Below, in pieces: positions 1 through 10,357 of a DNA stretch of 64,000 bases (positions are counted from its first letter, which is position 1; each line of letters begins with the position of its first letter). The DNA comes from Wickerhamiella versatilis (taxonomy: Eukaryota): positions 1,240,001 through 1,304,000 of the forward strand of contig JAQOWU010000003.1 of the NCBI GenBank assembly GCA_030867685.1. Direction: 5' to 3'. The notes below the pieces were generated by a model. It ran no database searches and was not told the DNA's origin. It saw only the letters and a program-made list of their open reading frames with translations. The position numbers were made by a program, and so were the translations under genes.

Positions 1-69
1 GCGATCTGAACACTGTATGGGCTCTGCTTTCACAGACTTTTGGCGGTAGAGTCACGTTAATTCTATAGA

Positions 70-897
70 CTAGCCTAAGATATTGTTAAACGAGCCTTCC
101 TGGTGCTTCACCTTCCATATCTCTGTCCCAACATTATAGTTCCCGTGATAGGTCCAGCCCTTCGGGCCTATATGATAGAGATTGACACTTCCACCCGAAT
201 AAGCATCGCGGTGTGTGGCTGCAAGGATGGAACGCTTTCCAAGATCCAGCGCTTCTTGAATTGTGAGATCAGGGCGGTAGCCCACATCTAGTACACCATA
301 GGCAAAGGTCTGGCCGGATCCTACTGAAAACAAGTTTCCGCCAACACGAGAGCCATCTGAGTCAACATAATATATTTCAGGCACATCTTTTCCATGACGT
401 TTGGTGTAGCCGCAGATCATGGTACCCATTGACAAGCCGGCGCCCTTATAATAATAAGTAACATTTGCCAGAATTTTGGATGCTGCGCTGACAGAAATAC
501 GTTCTTTGTTACGCAGTTCATGCAACCTACACTGCGTTCCCAGCCATTTCTCCCAAAACTGGCAATCTGCTGCACCACCGGCCATAGTGCCCAGTAAATA
601 GGGATTGATTTCGAGTACCTTCTTGACGGACTGAGACGCAACCCAGGAGCCTGCAGAGGCACGAGAGTCAACTGCAACAATGATTCCCTCATTAAATTTG
701 AAAGCTAGTGTCGTAGTACCATGCTGAATCTTAATACGAGCATCCGGGTTAGCGGCATCATCTGTGTGTGCACGCAGAAATGCTGCGGGACAGGACAAAT
801 TGGGAAGCGCAAAATCCGGCATAGATTCTGGCTCCTTGGCATCAACTAGGTCATAGCCTACACTGGGCCGAGAGAAACGAGCCGCCAACTCATCCAT
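70..897 (-). CDS. PRE2: 20S proteasome beta5 subunit
   Basis: Propeptide followed by HG|TTTLAF catalytic Thr; [15 protein letters not shown] and HRDAYSGG motifs. Confidence 0.97.
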   Translation of the reverse strand: MDELAARFSRPSVGYDLVDAKEPESMPDFALPNLSCPAAFLRAHTDDAANPDARIKIQHGTTTLAFKFNEGIIVAVDSRASAGSWVASQSVKKVLEINPYLLGTMAGGAADCQFWEKWLGTQCRLHELRNKERISVSAASKILANVTYYYKGAGLSMGTMICGYTKRHGKDVPEIYYVDSDGSRVGGNLFSVGSGQTFAYGVLDVGYRPDLTIQEALDLGKRSILAATHRDAYSGGSVNLYHIGPKGWTYHGNYNVGTEIWKVKHQEGSFNNILG

Positions 898-1020
898 AAT
901 GCTGTGGCGGTTTGATTATGTAACCAGGCTTGATTCTGGTTACTGTCAAGAAGGGGAAGATTCTTAAATGTGAAGATATTTATTTTTGATATATATATAG
1001 CTAGAAAACGTATGGTGGGA

Positions 1021-3039
1021 TTAATTCACTTCTTCTGATGACACTAGTGACCAGCTGGCGCTCTCCTCGTCACCATCAGTTAATACCACCACATCAAATG
1101 GCGCTATACTAACCTCTGTAGTATCCTTGCCATCCCCAAGCACGTTACGCAATGCTCTGGGTAGTGTTACCTTTCTTAATTCGTAGGTATGGCTAATCAG
1201 AATAAACACCTCATGGTGAGAATTCCTGCGAGAGCATACCTCGATGTCGTCAGGAACGCCTGGAATGTAAGGCCTGATACCAGCCTCGCCCAGCCATAAG
1301 TACACAAGATTGCTTAGCAAGTCATCATCCAGCCATGCTCCAACATAAGTGATCCGTCCATTTCCAACTTTTCTTGTCAAGACTGCAGGCTGGTCATCCA
1401 ACCATCCATTTGATTTGCCATAACGCAAGAGTGTCTCAGTATCCGGGGCTGATGCTCTCAGAAGTTCTGCCCAGACATTGGCAGTGCCAATCCCAGCAAT
1501 CCCTTCAAGAGGCACGTCCGTATCCAAGGCATAAAACTGTTCCACCCTAGCACCAAGCAAGTCAATCAGTGGACCAGGCTGTCGCGCAGGCTGTAATCCG
1601 TTATATTCATTTTTCATGCCACTTCGTGGACCCAGAACTAAGTGTCCACCGCTTTTGATATATTTCTCTAGATGCTCGGGTATTCCTCGAGCAAATACGT
1701 TAAGAGCTGGAGCAACAACAATTTTGTATTTTGAAAGATCTGCGGAAGGAGATACCATGTCGACGCTCTGTGATTGAGCTCTTAATGGATTATAGAAGGC
1801 CTTGAGCTCCTCAATGGGATCAAAATTTTCTGAGTGTTTCTGGAAAGTAATTGCCCATCGACTATCATAGTCATGTATCACGGCTACTTTACCTTGTGGA
1901 CTTGTATTGTCCAATGCCCAGCTGGCCTTACCAAACTCAGCACCCAATTGCTTGATTTCATAGAAACCCGGAACTGGTGTTCCATCAGCACCCAATAGAG
2001 TCGCATGATAAGTCTCATGGCCATTTAGAGCGCTCCGCATTTGCCAGTACAAAATTGCATCTGACCCATGAGCAATACCCTGCCATGCCATATTTCTCAC
2101 GAGACCTTTGCGCAAAGAGACATTGGTGGGCTTCCAATTTGCAAATCCAGGAGCTGTTTCCATGACCCAAAAATTCTTATTCTTGAATCCTCTGGTAAGG
2201 TCGTGGCGAGCAGCATTGTCAATCCAATCATACGTGTCATTTTCGACATAGTTATCCCATGCCGCAAAGTCAAGCGGTTCATGTACCACATACGCATCGA
2301 ACCCAGAAAACCATCCCATTGAGTTCGTGGTTATAAAATGACGAGGATCACTGTACTTGCGTATGGCACTTATCTGATTCTCAAGGTACGACTTCCATGT
2401 ATCACTAACGAAACGCTTCCATTCTAGAAGCAAAGCAGGATTCTCATTAGTTTCGTGAACGGGGATTTGGTCGAAATTGTCATAAGTCATACTCCAATAC
2501 TTGTTGACCCAGCGGTCGTTCAGGGCATCAATGGTACCGTATCGTTCTGCGAGCCAAGCTCTGAATTGACTCTTGGCCTCGGGATCAAACGATACCACAG
2601 ATATCTCGTTGTCTAATTGCCACCCAATCACCGCAGGATGGTGACCAAAACGTCGAGCTAGCTGTTCTGAGATCTTATAAGCGAATTTACGATAGCGACG
2701 ACTGGCAAAAGAAAATTGCTGACGATTTCCATGCTCAGCCCGAACCCCAGAATTATCGACGTTTAAGGTGTCCGGATACTTCGTCGTTAACCAGGCTGGA
2801 GGGGTCGGCGTTGGCGTGCCCAAAACGACCGCCATGCCATAGGAAGCTGCAGTATTCAAGGCGGCTTCCAGCCATTTGAAGTCATAATGACCCTCTTTTG
2901 GTTCCATGGAGCTCCAGGCGAATTCTCCAAGTCTTAGAACTCGGACATGAGCCTCCTGCATCCATTTCAAGTCGCTATGCCACACAGACTCTGGCCACTG
3001 TTCCGGATACCATGCACATCCGAGAATTGGGAAGTTCAT
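1021..3039 (-). CDS. GH42 beta-galactosidase (bacterial-type family)
   Basis: GCAWYPEQW, RLGEFAWSSMEP-x2-G-x-YDF-x-WL, GTPTPTPPAWL, WQLDNE (acid/base Glu), FWVME (nucleophile Glu), then a trimerisation-type domain (YKIVVAPAL...GGHLVLGPRSG). 672 aa, intronless. Confidence 0.93.
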   Translation of the reverse strand: MNFPILGCAWYPEQWPESVWHSDLKWMQEAHVRVLRLGEFAWSSMEPKEGHYDFKWLEAALNTAASYGMAVVLGTPTPTPPAWLTTKYPDTLNVDNSGVRAEHGNRQQFSFASRRYRKFAYKISEQLARRFGHHPAVIGWQLDNEISVVSFDPEAKSQFRAWLAERYGTIDALNDRWVNKYWSMTYDNFDQIPVHETNENPALLLEWKRFVSDTWKSYLENQISAIRKYSDPRHFITTNSMGWFSGFDAYVVHEPLDFAAWDNYVENDTYDWIDNAARHDLTRGFKNKNFWVMETAPGFANWKPTNVSLRKGLVRNMAWQGIAHGSDAILYWQMRSALNGHETYHATLLGADGTPVPGFYEIKQLGAEFGKASWALDNTSPQGKVAVIHDYDSRWAITFQKHSENFDPIEELKAFYNPLRAQSQSVDMVSPSADLSKYKIVVAPALNVFARGIPEHLEKYIKSGGHLVLGPRSGMKNEYNGLQPARQPGPLIDLLGARVEQFYALDTDVPLEGIAGIGTANVWAELLRASAPDTETLLRYGKSNGWLDDQPAVLTRKVGNGRITYVGAWLDDDLLSNLVYLWLGEAGIRPYIPGVPDDIEVCSRRNSHHEVFILISHTYELRKVTLPRALRNVLGDGKDTTEVSIAPFDVVVLTDGDEESASWSLVSSEEVN

Positions 3040-3173
3040 ATTTTCAAATCAGGAATAAATCCAATTGTCAATTGCCAAAAATGTCCTTTCAATGAGTTGC
3101 TCTGTTAACCTAAACGAAGGAAGGCTGAGATGATTAGCTTATCTAGATTCTTATATTAAGTAACCTACAGCGC

Positions 3174-3183
3174 AAAAGTGGGG
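3174..3183 (+). promoter_or_regulatory. Mig1/CreA-type site upstream of the GH42 gene
   Basis: AAAAGTGGGG: AT-rich flank plus SYGGGG core, about 135 bp upstream of the GH42 ATG. Short motif, could be chance. Confidence 0.35.
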
Positions 3184-3511
3184 ACAGCAATTCAAACCGG
3201 TCAGTCATAGCCAATGGAACGCTAAATTAATCTCCGTATATTTTGCAATATAGGAAAAGGGATGGAGCAAATCAAGTTGTACTTTGAGAGAATTTCGGTA
3301 ATCTATTCACATATTACACCTCACCCGACTTTTCACAGTCATCCAGTGAAATATTAAATTTGAGCACATTAATTTATCACACCACAATATATTTATTTCA
3401 GCTCCCCCATAATGCTTTCATTGAATGGAGACCTGTGGCAATGAATAAATGTCACAATGCATTACCTCATCTCAGTATTTCTTGAACCTGCTTACTGTAT
3501 TCCAGATCCCC

Positions 3512-4147
3512 ATGACTGACAAAAGCGACAAAAAAGAGGTGACTGGTGGCGAGGAGCCAAAGAAGGACAACGTGTTTGCCATGTTCGGTGGAGCCAAGCC
3601 TAAAAAGGAAGAGCCTAAGGACGAGCCTAAGGACGAGGTCAAGTCCCAGGACAAGGATGCGACCTCAGGAGAGGCGGAGAAAAAGAATGATGACGACGAG
3701 GCCCCTGAGTCCCCTGAGGTTGATTTTAAACCTCTTGTGCATCTTGAACGCGTGGAGGTTCGCACTAACGAAGAAGATGAGGACTCCCTCTTCAAGATCA
3801 GAGCAAAGCTTTTCCGGTTCTCGAAGGAGGACAAGGAGTGGAAAGAGCGTGGTACTGGCGACGTGAAGTTCCTCAAGCATAAGGTGACGGGTAAAGTGCG
3901 TGTGCTAATGCGCCGTGACAAGACGCTGAAGATCTGTGCGAACCATTATGTTAGCCCAGAGTACAAGCTGACCCCTAACATTGGTAGCGAACGCAGTTGG
4001 GTCTATCAAGTTGCATCTGATACGAGTGATGGTGAACCGGAAGCCCAGACCCTCGCAATCCGCTTCGGTAACAAGGAGAACGCAGACAAGTTTAAAGAGG
4101 AGTTTGAGAAGGCTCAGAAGCTCAACAAAGAAGCCAGCGAAAAGTAA
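3512..4147 (+). CDS. YRB1: Ran-binding protein 1 (RanBD1)
   Basis: RAKLFRF...WKERGTG...[13 protein letters not shown] RanBD motifs. The second ATG (MTDKSD) is the likelier start; the ORF track starts at 3449. Confidence 0.95.
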   Translation: MTDKSDKKEVTGGEEPKKDNVFAMFGGAKPKKEEPKDEPKDEVKSQDKDATSGEAEKKNDDDEAPESPEVDFKPLVHLERVEVRTNEEDEDSLFKIRAKLFRFSKEDKEWKERGTGDVKFLKHKVTGKVRVLMRRDKTLKICANHYVSPEYKLTPNIGSERSWVYQVASDTSDGEPEAQTLAIRFGNKENADKFKEEFEKAQKLNKEASEK

Positions 4148-4649
4148 ACAGCTGAATAGACTTCTATAGGTTTGAGATAATTAGCCCATTTATTTTCTGG
4201 GGTGTACTATAGTTCTATCTTGATACGAGCTCTCTGTTGGGCTGTATTTATCTGCAAAAATAACACAAGCATATATTAAGGATGCTCAAATAGAATCGGG
4301 GTGACAAAGAATAACGCCCATCCCGACTCCTGGAATGTTTTTTAAAAAGCAATAATTAGATTTTTCGACAAAACTATTAGAAGAAGTATGATAATAGTCA
4401 AGTACCTGACTTTCCAGCCCCACCTATCGCGAATAAAAGGCCAATTGAAATAATAACATCAGATGCGATTTTTTCTTAATAACAATCAGCTACAATCGTA
4501 CAAATAAAATACAACCAAGGTCGGCGATACGCTCATGCTAACTAATTCACGTTAGCTAATCAAGGGCTTAGGGCACCCATCACAGACCTCTCAGGTTACG
4601 TCAGGACTCAACGACAGTTAGGCCCACGAGTGTCCATCTCAGCACCAAA

Positions 4650-5171
4650 ATGGCAGGGGACAAGTTTGCGAATCCTATGCGAAAGCCGTTTATCGAGAAG
4701 CTGGTGCTCAACATATCAGCAGGTGAGTCTGGTGATAAGTTGACCCGTGCTGCAAAGGTTTTGGAGCAGCTCTCGGGTCAGACCCCAGTTTACTCTAAGG
4801 CCCGTTACACCGTTCGTACCTTCGGTATCCGTCGTAACGAAAAGATCTCTTGCCACGTTACTGTCCGTGGTGAGAAGGCTTCCGAGATCTTGGAGCGTGG
4901 TCTCCGAGTGAAGGAGTACGAGCTCAACAACGGCAACTTTTCCAACACCGGAAACTTTGGCTTCGGTATCAACGAGCACATTGAGTTGGGTGTTAAGTAC
5001 GACCCCAATATTGGTATTCATGGTATGGACTTTTATGTTGTCCTTGGTCGCCCAGGTTACCGGGTATCTCGCCGTAAGGTACAGAAGAACCGAGTCGGTA
5101 ACCAGCACCGTCTCACGAAGGATGACGCTATTGAGTGGTTCAAGCAGTCCTATGATGGTGTTGTTGTGTAA
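4650..5171 (+). CDS. RPL11: 60S ribosomal protein uL5/L11
   Basis: [52 protein letters not shown]; strong codon bias. Confidence 0.98.
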   Translation: MAGDKFANPMRKPFIEKLVLNISAGESGDKLTRAAKVLEQLSGQTPVYSKARYTVRTFGIRRNEKISCHVTVRGEKASEILERGLRVKEYELNNGNFSNTGNFGFGINEHIELGVKYDPNIGIHGMDFYVVLGRPGYRVSRRKVQKNRVGNQHRLTKDDAIEWFKQSYDGVVV

Positions 5172-5299
5172 TTCTTAAATAAAACTAACCAACTAAGAGC
5201 ATTTGTCCTTAGAAGAAGATGTCGTGATTTAGATGTTTTTGGGCTTACAGCAATATTTTATTATAGTTCTGTCAATAAATATTGTCCTCAACTAGCTGC

Positions 5300-6112
5300 T
5301 CATTGTGCCTTGGCTTTTTCCAGGCCTTCCGCAGAATAAATGTCCCGCTTTGAAGCAAGATAATCACGTTCAACTGTATATCGCCACAAAGCCCAGCGCA
5401 TTAGGGACATGAAGTAGTGGCGTGGTGAATATTCTGGCCATAACTGAGGCACGAATTCTATGCGGGTGCGAGTGCCCTCGTCAATTTCCCATAGCAGGAA
5501 ATCACTGAGCCGGTCGGTTCCTGAAGTACGAATTAGGAGATCAAGCGGACTACAATTAGCAGTATAAAGATGCTTTGAAACTTCTTTTTCTGTTATATTC
5601 TGCTGGTGTCCTGCAGCAAGATCACGTATTGCGTGAGAAATGTCATCTCGTGCTGTGTAGGGCACACAGATGTTAAGTACAAAATTTTTATGCATGGATG
5701 TCCTTCTTATCAATTCGGCGCATGTTTCCTGAATATCAGGTGGCAGCATTGAAGTTGCGCCTAAAATTTTCACCTGCACTCCATGCTTTTCGGCCACCTC
5801 ACCCTGATCAGCAATAGTCTGCAATTTTCCCCTAGCTATATCCATGAGATGATCTACCTCATTTTGCGGCCTACGAAAGTTTTCGATCGAGAATGCGAAT
5901 ATCGTGACTTCTTTAACTCCCGCACTGAAGCTCATATCCAGTATGGGCCCCAGGGCGTTAAACCCAGAAGAGTGTCCTTGGTCAAGGGGTTGTGAATTTC
6001 GTCTGGCCCATCGCCTGTTTCCGTCCATTACAATACCCACATGTCTAGGAACAGGCGCATTCTTCAGTAACTGAAGCAAAATCCACCGTAGGCCACTCTC
6101 GACAAAGTCCAT
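5300..6112 (-). CDS. RER2: cis-prenyltransferase (dehydrodolichyl diphosphate synthase)
   Basis: PRHVGIVMDGNRRWA, FAFSIENF-x-R and DLLIRTSG-x2-RLSDFLLW motifs. RER2 versus SRT1 paralog not certain. Confidence 0.88.
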   Translation of the reverse strand: MDFVESGLRWILLQLLKNAPVPRHVGIVMDGNRRWARRNSQPLDQGHSSGFNALGPILDMSFSAGVKEVTIFAFSIENFRRPQNEVDHLMDIARGKLQTIADQGEVAEKHGVQVKILGATSMLPPDIQETCAELIRRTSMHKNFVLNICVPYTARDDISHAIRDLAAGHQQNITEKEVSKHLYTANCSPLDLLIRTSGTDRLSDFLLWEIDEGTRTRIEFVPQLWPEYSPRHYFMSLMRWALWRYTVERDYLASKRDIYSAEGLEKAKAQ

Positions 6113-6272
6113 TAGTTGTCACTGACTAAAATTGGAAACTGTGTTTAGAGCTCACCCAGCTGAGAATAAGAACAGAATCGTTACCCCTATTTCTCAAGCT
6201 ATAGCGTGTACTAGTCGCTGTGGCAAACTTTGGGTCAAATAGCCACTAAACGTTGATTTGTCACTGTGGCTT

Positions 6273-7085
6273 ATGGCGGCCGAGACACTTGTGACTTCCA
6301 CACTGGCTGGAGTTTTTGCCTCGACCGCGGAATCTCTTATCACCTATCCATTGGAAAGTGCCAAAGTCAAGTTGCAGCTTGGTGGCCGTCCATGGCAAAG
6401 TCCCGTCTATTCTGGAGCCAGCATATTCTGTATCGGAAATGGTTTCAAGGCATTCGTGAGATTCAACACATTCAATTATACAACAAAACTTCTTGCTGAT
6501 AACGATAGTGAACCGGGTGTGTCAAATGTTATTTTGGCAGGAATTCTCACTGGTATAGCTGAGACACCTATAGTAGTCGTCACTGAAAACGTTAAGACAA
6601 GAATGATTGCTTCACCGCGCTATGGGTTGCCTGCAACATTATTTAATATGTGGAAGCAAGGATTTAGGAGCTTCGGGCAGGGGCTAAGTATTACCTGGAT
6701 CCGCCAGATTGCCAACAGTGGGTTGCGATTCACGAGCTACAACTTTTCCCGCCAAATTGCGCTGAGCTTTTATGATGAGCCTGATGAGTTAAGTTTTCCA
6801 ATAATTACAGCGATGGCTGGTGGGACTGCGCTCACGGAGACCATGTTCACTCAGCCCCTGGATACAATTAAATCACGAATGCAAGCAGGCCCTCGGACAA
6901 AGGGCTCTCCGACTTTCTTAACAATTGGATACAACATTGTCAAAAATGAAAGTTGGTTGAACCTCTGGGCAGGAGCGCTGCCGCGTTGGGGACGAGTATG
7001 GCTTTCAGGTGCGATAACGTGGGGAGGTTATGAAGCGGCAATAAAAAATATTGGCCAGCAAATGCACCAGCGTCCATTTCAGTGA
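6273..7085 (+). CDS. mitochondrial carrier, CTP1/MRX20-like tricarboxylate type
   Basis: Three Px[DE]xxK repeats (PLESAK, VTENVKTR, PLDTIKSR) and RQIANSGLRF. First ATG used; the ORF track starts at a TTG at 6258. Confidence 0.85.
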   Translation: MAAETLVTSTLAGVFASTAESLITYPLESAKVKLQLGGRPWQSPVYSGASIFCIGNGFKAFVRFNTFNYTTKLLADNDSEPGVSNVILAGILTGIAETPIVVVTENVKTRMIASPRYGLPATLFNMWKQGFRSFGQGLSITWIRQIANSGLRFTSYNFSRQIALSFYDEPDELSFPIITAMAGGTALTETMFTQPLDTIKSRMQAGPRTKGSPTFLTIGYNIVKNESWLNLWAGALPRWGRVWLSGAITWGGYEAAIKNIGQQMHQRPFQ

Positions 7086-7183
7086 GGTAGTTCCTGAGCT
7101 ATAATTTAATGAAGTTTCCTAGGAAGAATATATCTGTTTAAAACCTAGCCTAGCAAATACCTGGCTTTTATTAAATCAGATCC

Positions 7184-7846
7184 TCAGACTTGAGTTTCGA
7201 AGGATTCAATTGACTGAAGTTTCTTTATTTGAGGCCATTGCTTGGTGTCCTTGGAAGTTTCCTTTTCGTCTATACCTTCCTTCTTGACACAAGACTGTAC
7301 AGCTAAAGTACAACACAGCAAGGCTAATGCAGACCAAACTATCCCTGATGCGCGAACTCCCTTCTTCGCGTCCTTTATGAGGTGGATTGTCGCATGTACT
7401 GCTACTTCTTGCCAGACTGCTGTAATTAAGGCAAATAGTACCGCAATTGTACTAACGACAACATTGGCAATCTTAGCCTTGACAAGCCAGATGAAAATGA
7501 TATCTACAATGAAAGCAACCACACTGACCACAATAGTGAGAATACACATGTACGGTCGTACTATACTGGTTCCTACTATTTCGGCCACGCTTTCACCGTG
7601 ATATTTACCACAAGATGTCGAATTCCCCACGTTGCACATATGAAGATAACCAGCAGCGACTGATGTTGAATTGCCTCTGCTTCCCTTCGATTCGACAAGA
7701 TATATTCCACTAAATGCTTTGGCCGGATGGAGGCAGGACAGTAGTAGAAAGACAAGTAAAACAATGGCTGTCAAGCGTAAAAGAGGTGCAAGAATAGGAA
7801 ACCCTTTTCGAGAAAGAAAGTAGGTGGGTGCCGCAGCAGTAATCAT
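7184..7846 (-). CDS. FIG1: Fig1/Sur7-family four-TM membrane protein (mating calcium influx, cell fusion)
   Basis: N-terminal TM ending LLLSC, GYLHMC...C claudin-like loop, WQ-x2-A and G-x3-S-x2-VW motifs in the later TMs. Confidence 0.65.
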   Translation of the reverse strand: MITAAAPTYFLSRKGFPILAPLLRLTAIVLLVFLLLSCLHPAKAFSGIYLVESKGSRGNSTSVAAGYLHMCNVGNSTSCGKYHGESVAEIVGTSIVRPYMCILTIVVSVVAFIVDIIFIWLVKAKIANVVVSTIAVLFALITAVWQEVAVHATIHLIKDAKKGVRASGIVWSALALLCCTLAVQSCVKKEGIDEKETSKDTKQWPQIKKLQSIESFETQV

Positions 7847-8042
7847 GCTCTTTGTGTGGTGGTTTGGAAAAGAATGTGTACTTTTGTAAGTATTTTTCTT
7901 GCGCTTTTAAAGCTGCTGGTGGGTTTAATGCACCCACTTAGTCCCTTACCCAAAAAGTGTAAGCCAGAAGTCGGCTGTACCAAGATTATGCCAATCTAAA
8001 ACCACAGGTAGATTCTACTCGACATATTTTATCTGAGTTTCC

Positions 8043-8750
8043 TTAGTTCTGCTGGTGAATTTCACTTTCTGATGGTCTACTGCGAAGCAGGTATACAGGA
8101 TAGCCAACGAAGAGAGGGCCAAGATTACCGAGATACTCCACATGGAAATTTCTACAAAATTGAGTCAATGCTGCGGACAAAACATCAGGATCCCGGAGTT
8201 GATTAGCTATAAGTGCCTCAGAGATTCCTGTGGCATCAAAGATTGACCTGAGCGATGCAACAAGAGGATTAATGAGATACTCGTTATAAATTAGGTCACA
8301 ACCCACCACTATGCCAGTCGGATCGACAGGGGTATTCCAGTCGTGTAACTCCCAGTCAAATTCGCACAATTCAACATTTTTGCATCCTTCTAAGTTCTTC
8401 TGCGCTAATTTCATCAGGCTATGTTGATCTGATGCCACCCATCGAGCTGTGATATCGTTTACTGTCAGGGCAAGGGCGCCAGTACCACAACCCAGCTCTA
8501 TCACGGAACGGCCAGAGAGCTTTAAATGCAATGGATGTGTCTTGTCACGAATAGCATGTATCATACGTGACGTTGTCTGCCACACAACACCGCCAGTGGA
8601 TTCGGTTTGCAAAAGAGACAAATTCTGGTAAATCTCATGTCCTAAGATCTCAACAGAATTCATACGACTCACCTCACCCAAAGAATTTGGCTGGGGTTCT
8701 AGCATCAGTTCCCAGATATGATCATCAATGCCATCGCTTTTGATCTCCAT
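8043..8750 (-). CDS. RKM5: seven-beta-strand protein lysine methyltransferase (family 16), RKM5-like
   Basis: QNLSLL...STGGVVW, VIELGCGTG, ASDQ and CDLIYNEYL motifs. Confidence 0.7.
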   Translation of the reverse strand: MEIKSDGIDDHIWELMLEPQPNSLGEVSRMNSVEILGHEIYQNLSLLQTESTGGVVWQTTSRMIHAIRDKTHPLHLKLSGRSVIELGCGTGALALTVNDITARWVASDQHSLMKLAQKNLEGCKNVELCEFDWELHDWNTPVDPTGIVVGCDLIYNEYLINPLVASLRSIFDATGISEALIANQLRDPDVLSAALTQFCRNFHVEYLGNLGPLFVGYPVYLLRSRPSESEIHQQN

Positions 8751-8901
8751 CACACCTCCCGCTATTTATTTTTTCAATCCCCCAACAGTTAATCACTCTT
8801 TGTCACGATTCCTTAGTCAGCTAAGGCCGACTCATGTGTATTTCATACCTGTTTTCTATCTATCACAAGTAAATTCTATAGACCATGTGTATTAATTTAA
8901 G

Positions 8902-9468
8902 TCACCATAGGCTTGGCTTTGGGCCGCTGCCACGACGGCCATTTGATACTGGTTCCTCCTCCCTTAACAAGCGACGCATTGAGGACGTACCGACGTCCTG
9001 ACGGGCAGGCGGCTGAGATGCTAGGGGCGTTGTTGGTTGCTCATAATTCAGGATGGAGAAAGCTCTTCCCTGTGGTATAAATAGACGACCCCTGTGTAGC
9101 AATGTTAATTTGTCTACAGTGGCTAAACCCGCTTCTACTAATAGAACAAACACGCGATCCCACAATTCCCAAAAAACCATTGAATCTGACGCAGTCCTCT
9201 CTCGCGCTAAACACCTCAATAGCATTTCTAACTGAGCCAAACTATGCTGCGAACCATTTTCTGCGTTCAATACGAACGGTTCAAGGCCCTTAAGACATCG
9301 CTGACGGGCCAATATGTCCTCGCTCGGACAATCTATTTGGAGGAGTGCAGGGTTTTCCCGACATACCTCTTGAATACGTAAGGCTGGAGGCTTAAGCTTA
9401 GCATCGCAACCTTCAGGTGCGATACCTGGTGGGCTCGGCTGGGGCGTGGAAGGCCCATCCAGGGGCAT
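8902..9468 (-). CDS. hypothetical protein, 188 aa
   Basis: ATG-initiated ORF filling a gene-sized slot; Pro-rich ends and a helical-looking core; no family recognised. Confidence 0.6.
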   Translation of the reverse strand: MPLDGPSTPQPSPPGIAPEGCDAKLKPPALRIQEVCRENPALLQIDCPSEDILARQRCLKGLEPFVLNAENGSQHSLAQLEMLLRCLARERTASDSMVFWELWDRVFVLLVEAGLATVDKLTLLHRGRLFIPQGRAFSILNYEQPTTPLASQPPARQDVGTSSMRRLLREEEPVSNGRRGSGPKPSLW

Positions 9469-9716
9469 AGCTTGCAGTCCAATAATACCGTGAGGTAATA
9501 TATCGACGATTACTAATGTTATGCGTAGGTATTGTTAGGATTCGAGCATACGTGCAATATCAATGTGGGGTATCTTTGATATTACGACCAAGAGTAAAAA
9601 CATCGTAGAATAATACCGGGAGCTTGACACGGTGCTTCGGTATAGCGGCGCAACGCATCCCTATTATCGTGAACAATCTATTAAGATAGCAATGCTATTA
9701 AGAAAAGAACTAAAAT

Positions 9717-9985
9717 AAATGTATACAGCATGGTTGTGACCCAAACGCTCATTGGCCAATGGCCTGCGCAAGGTCTAGGAATATGCTGTCTGAAATCGGG
9801 CTCAGCCAACTCAAACAAGCAAGCGAGCTCAAGATCCCATCTTTCTAAGGCCTGTCGACCGGGCCGTCACTAAAGCTTCCTGCCTCGCTAAAGGCGTTCC
9901 ACCTCCATCAAGTAGTCGAATGCTCGTCCCTAGGTTCGGCAGAGAACTGCCTAGCCTAGGAGGCGAACACAGGCCGTCTAAACTT
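9717..9985 (-). ncRNA. SNR30: snR30/U17 H/ACA snoRNA (18S rRNA processing)
   Basis: Minus strand 3' hairpin ACAGC-AUAUUCCUA (m1, + 9776-9784)...CAACCAU (m2, + 9730-9736)-GCUGU, then ACA-UUU (+ 9717-9722). An internal hairpin (about 9793-9837) and a long 5' hairpin closed by GGCCTGT/ACAGGCC (9849-9975) lie upstream. The 5' end is approximate. Confidence 0.82.
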
Positions 9986-10357
9986 TTTTTTCAAATTATC
10001 TAATCAGGAAGTTCCCGCTTTTATGGCCTGGGTTGGTAGGTTTAGTAACTCGATGAAGGGGATTTCTGCCATAGGAATTAGCGTGGTTGGGATGCTGGTA
10101 CGACCTTCTGAACTATCCCACACCTTCTTTCAAAAGTATTGTTTCCCTGGAATCATTAGAGTCGGCATTATACTAAGGACAATTTACACCTCAGCTTCCT
10201 CTCTCTAATCATAGCCCCATATCTTCTAGTTTAGGCTCGTTCTACTGAAAATAGATGCCTCCTGAGCTGGTATGTCAAGAGCATGTGGTACCTTTTTTGA
10301 CGTCCTAGCCCACTATTAAGTAATCTAAATTTATTTCATCTCTTTGTGCGAAGAAGA

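Noticed and set aside
1021-3039. Bacterial contamination as the source of the GH42 gene
   Set aside because: It is contiguous with eukaryotic genes on both sides, has yeast-like AT-rich flanks including a TATATA tract after the stop, and has no bacterial neighbours. Read-level confirmation is still desirable.
9700-10330. Telomerase RNA, RNase P/MRP or SRP RNA in the structured gap before RRP1
   Set aside because: No complete set of conserved regions or template was found, and the hairpins are explained by snR30 motifs on the minus strand.
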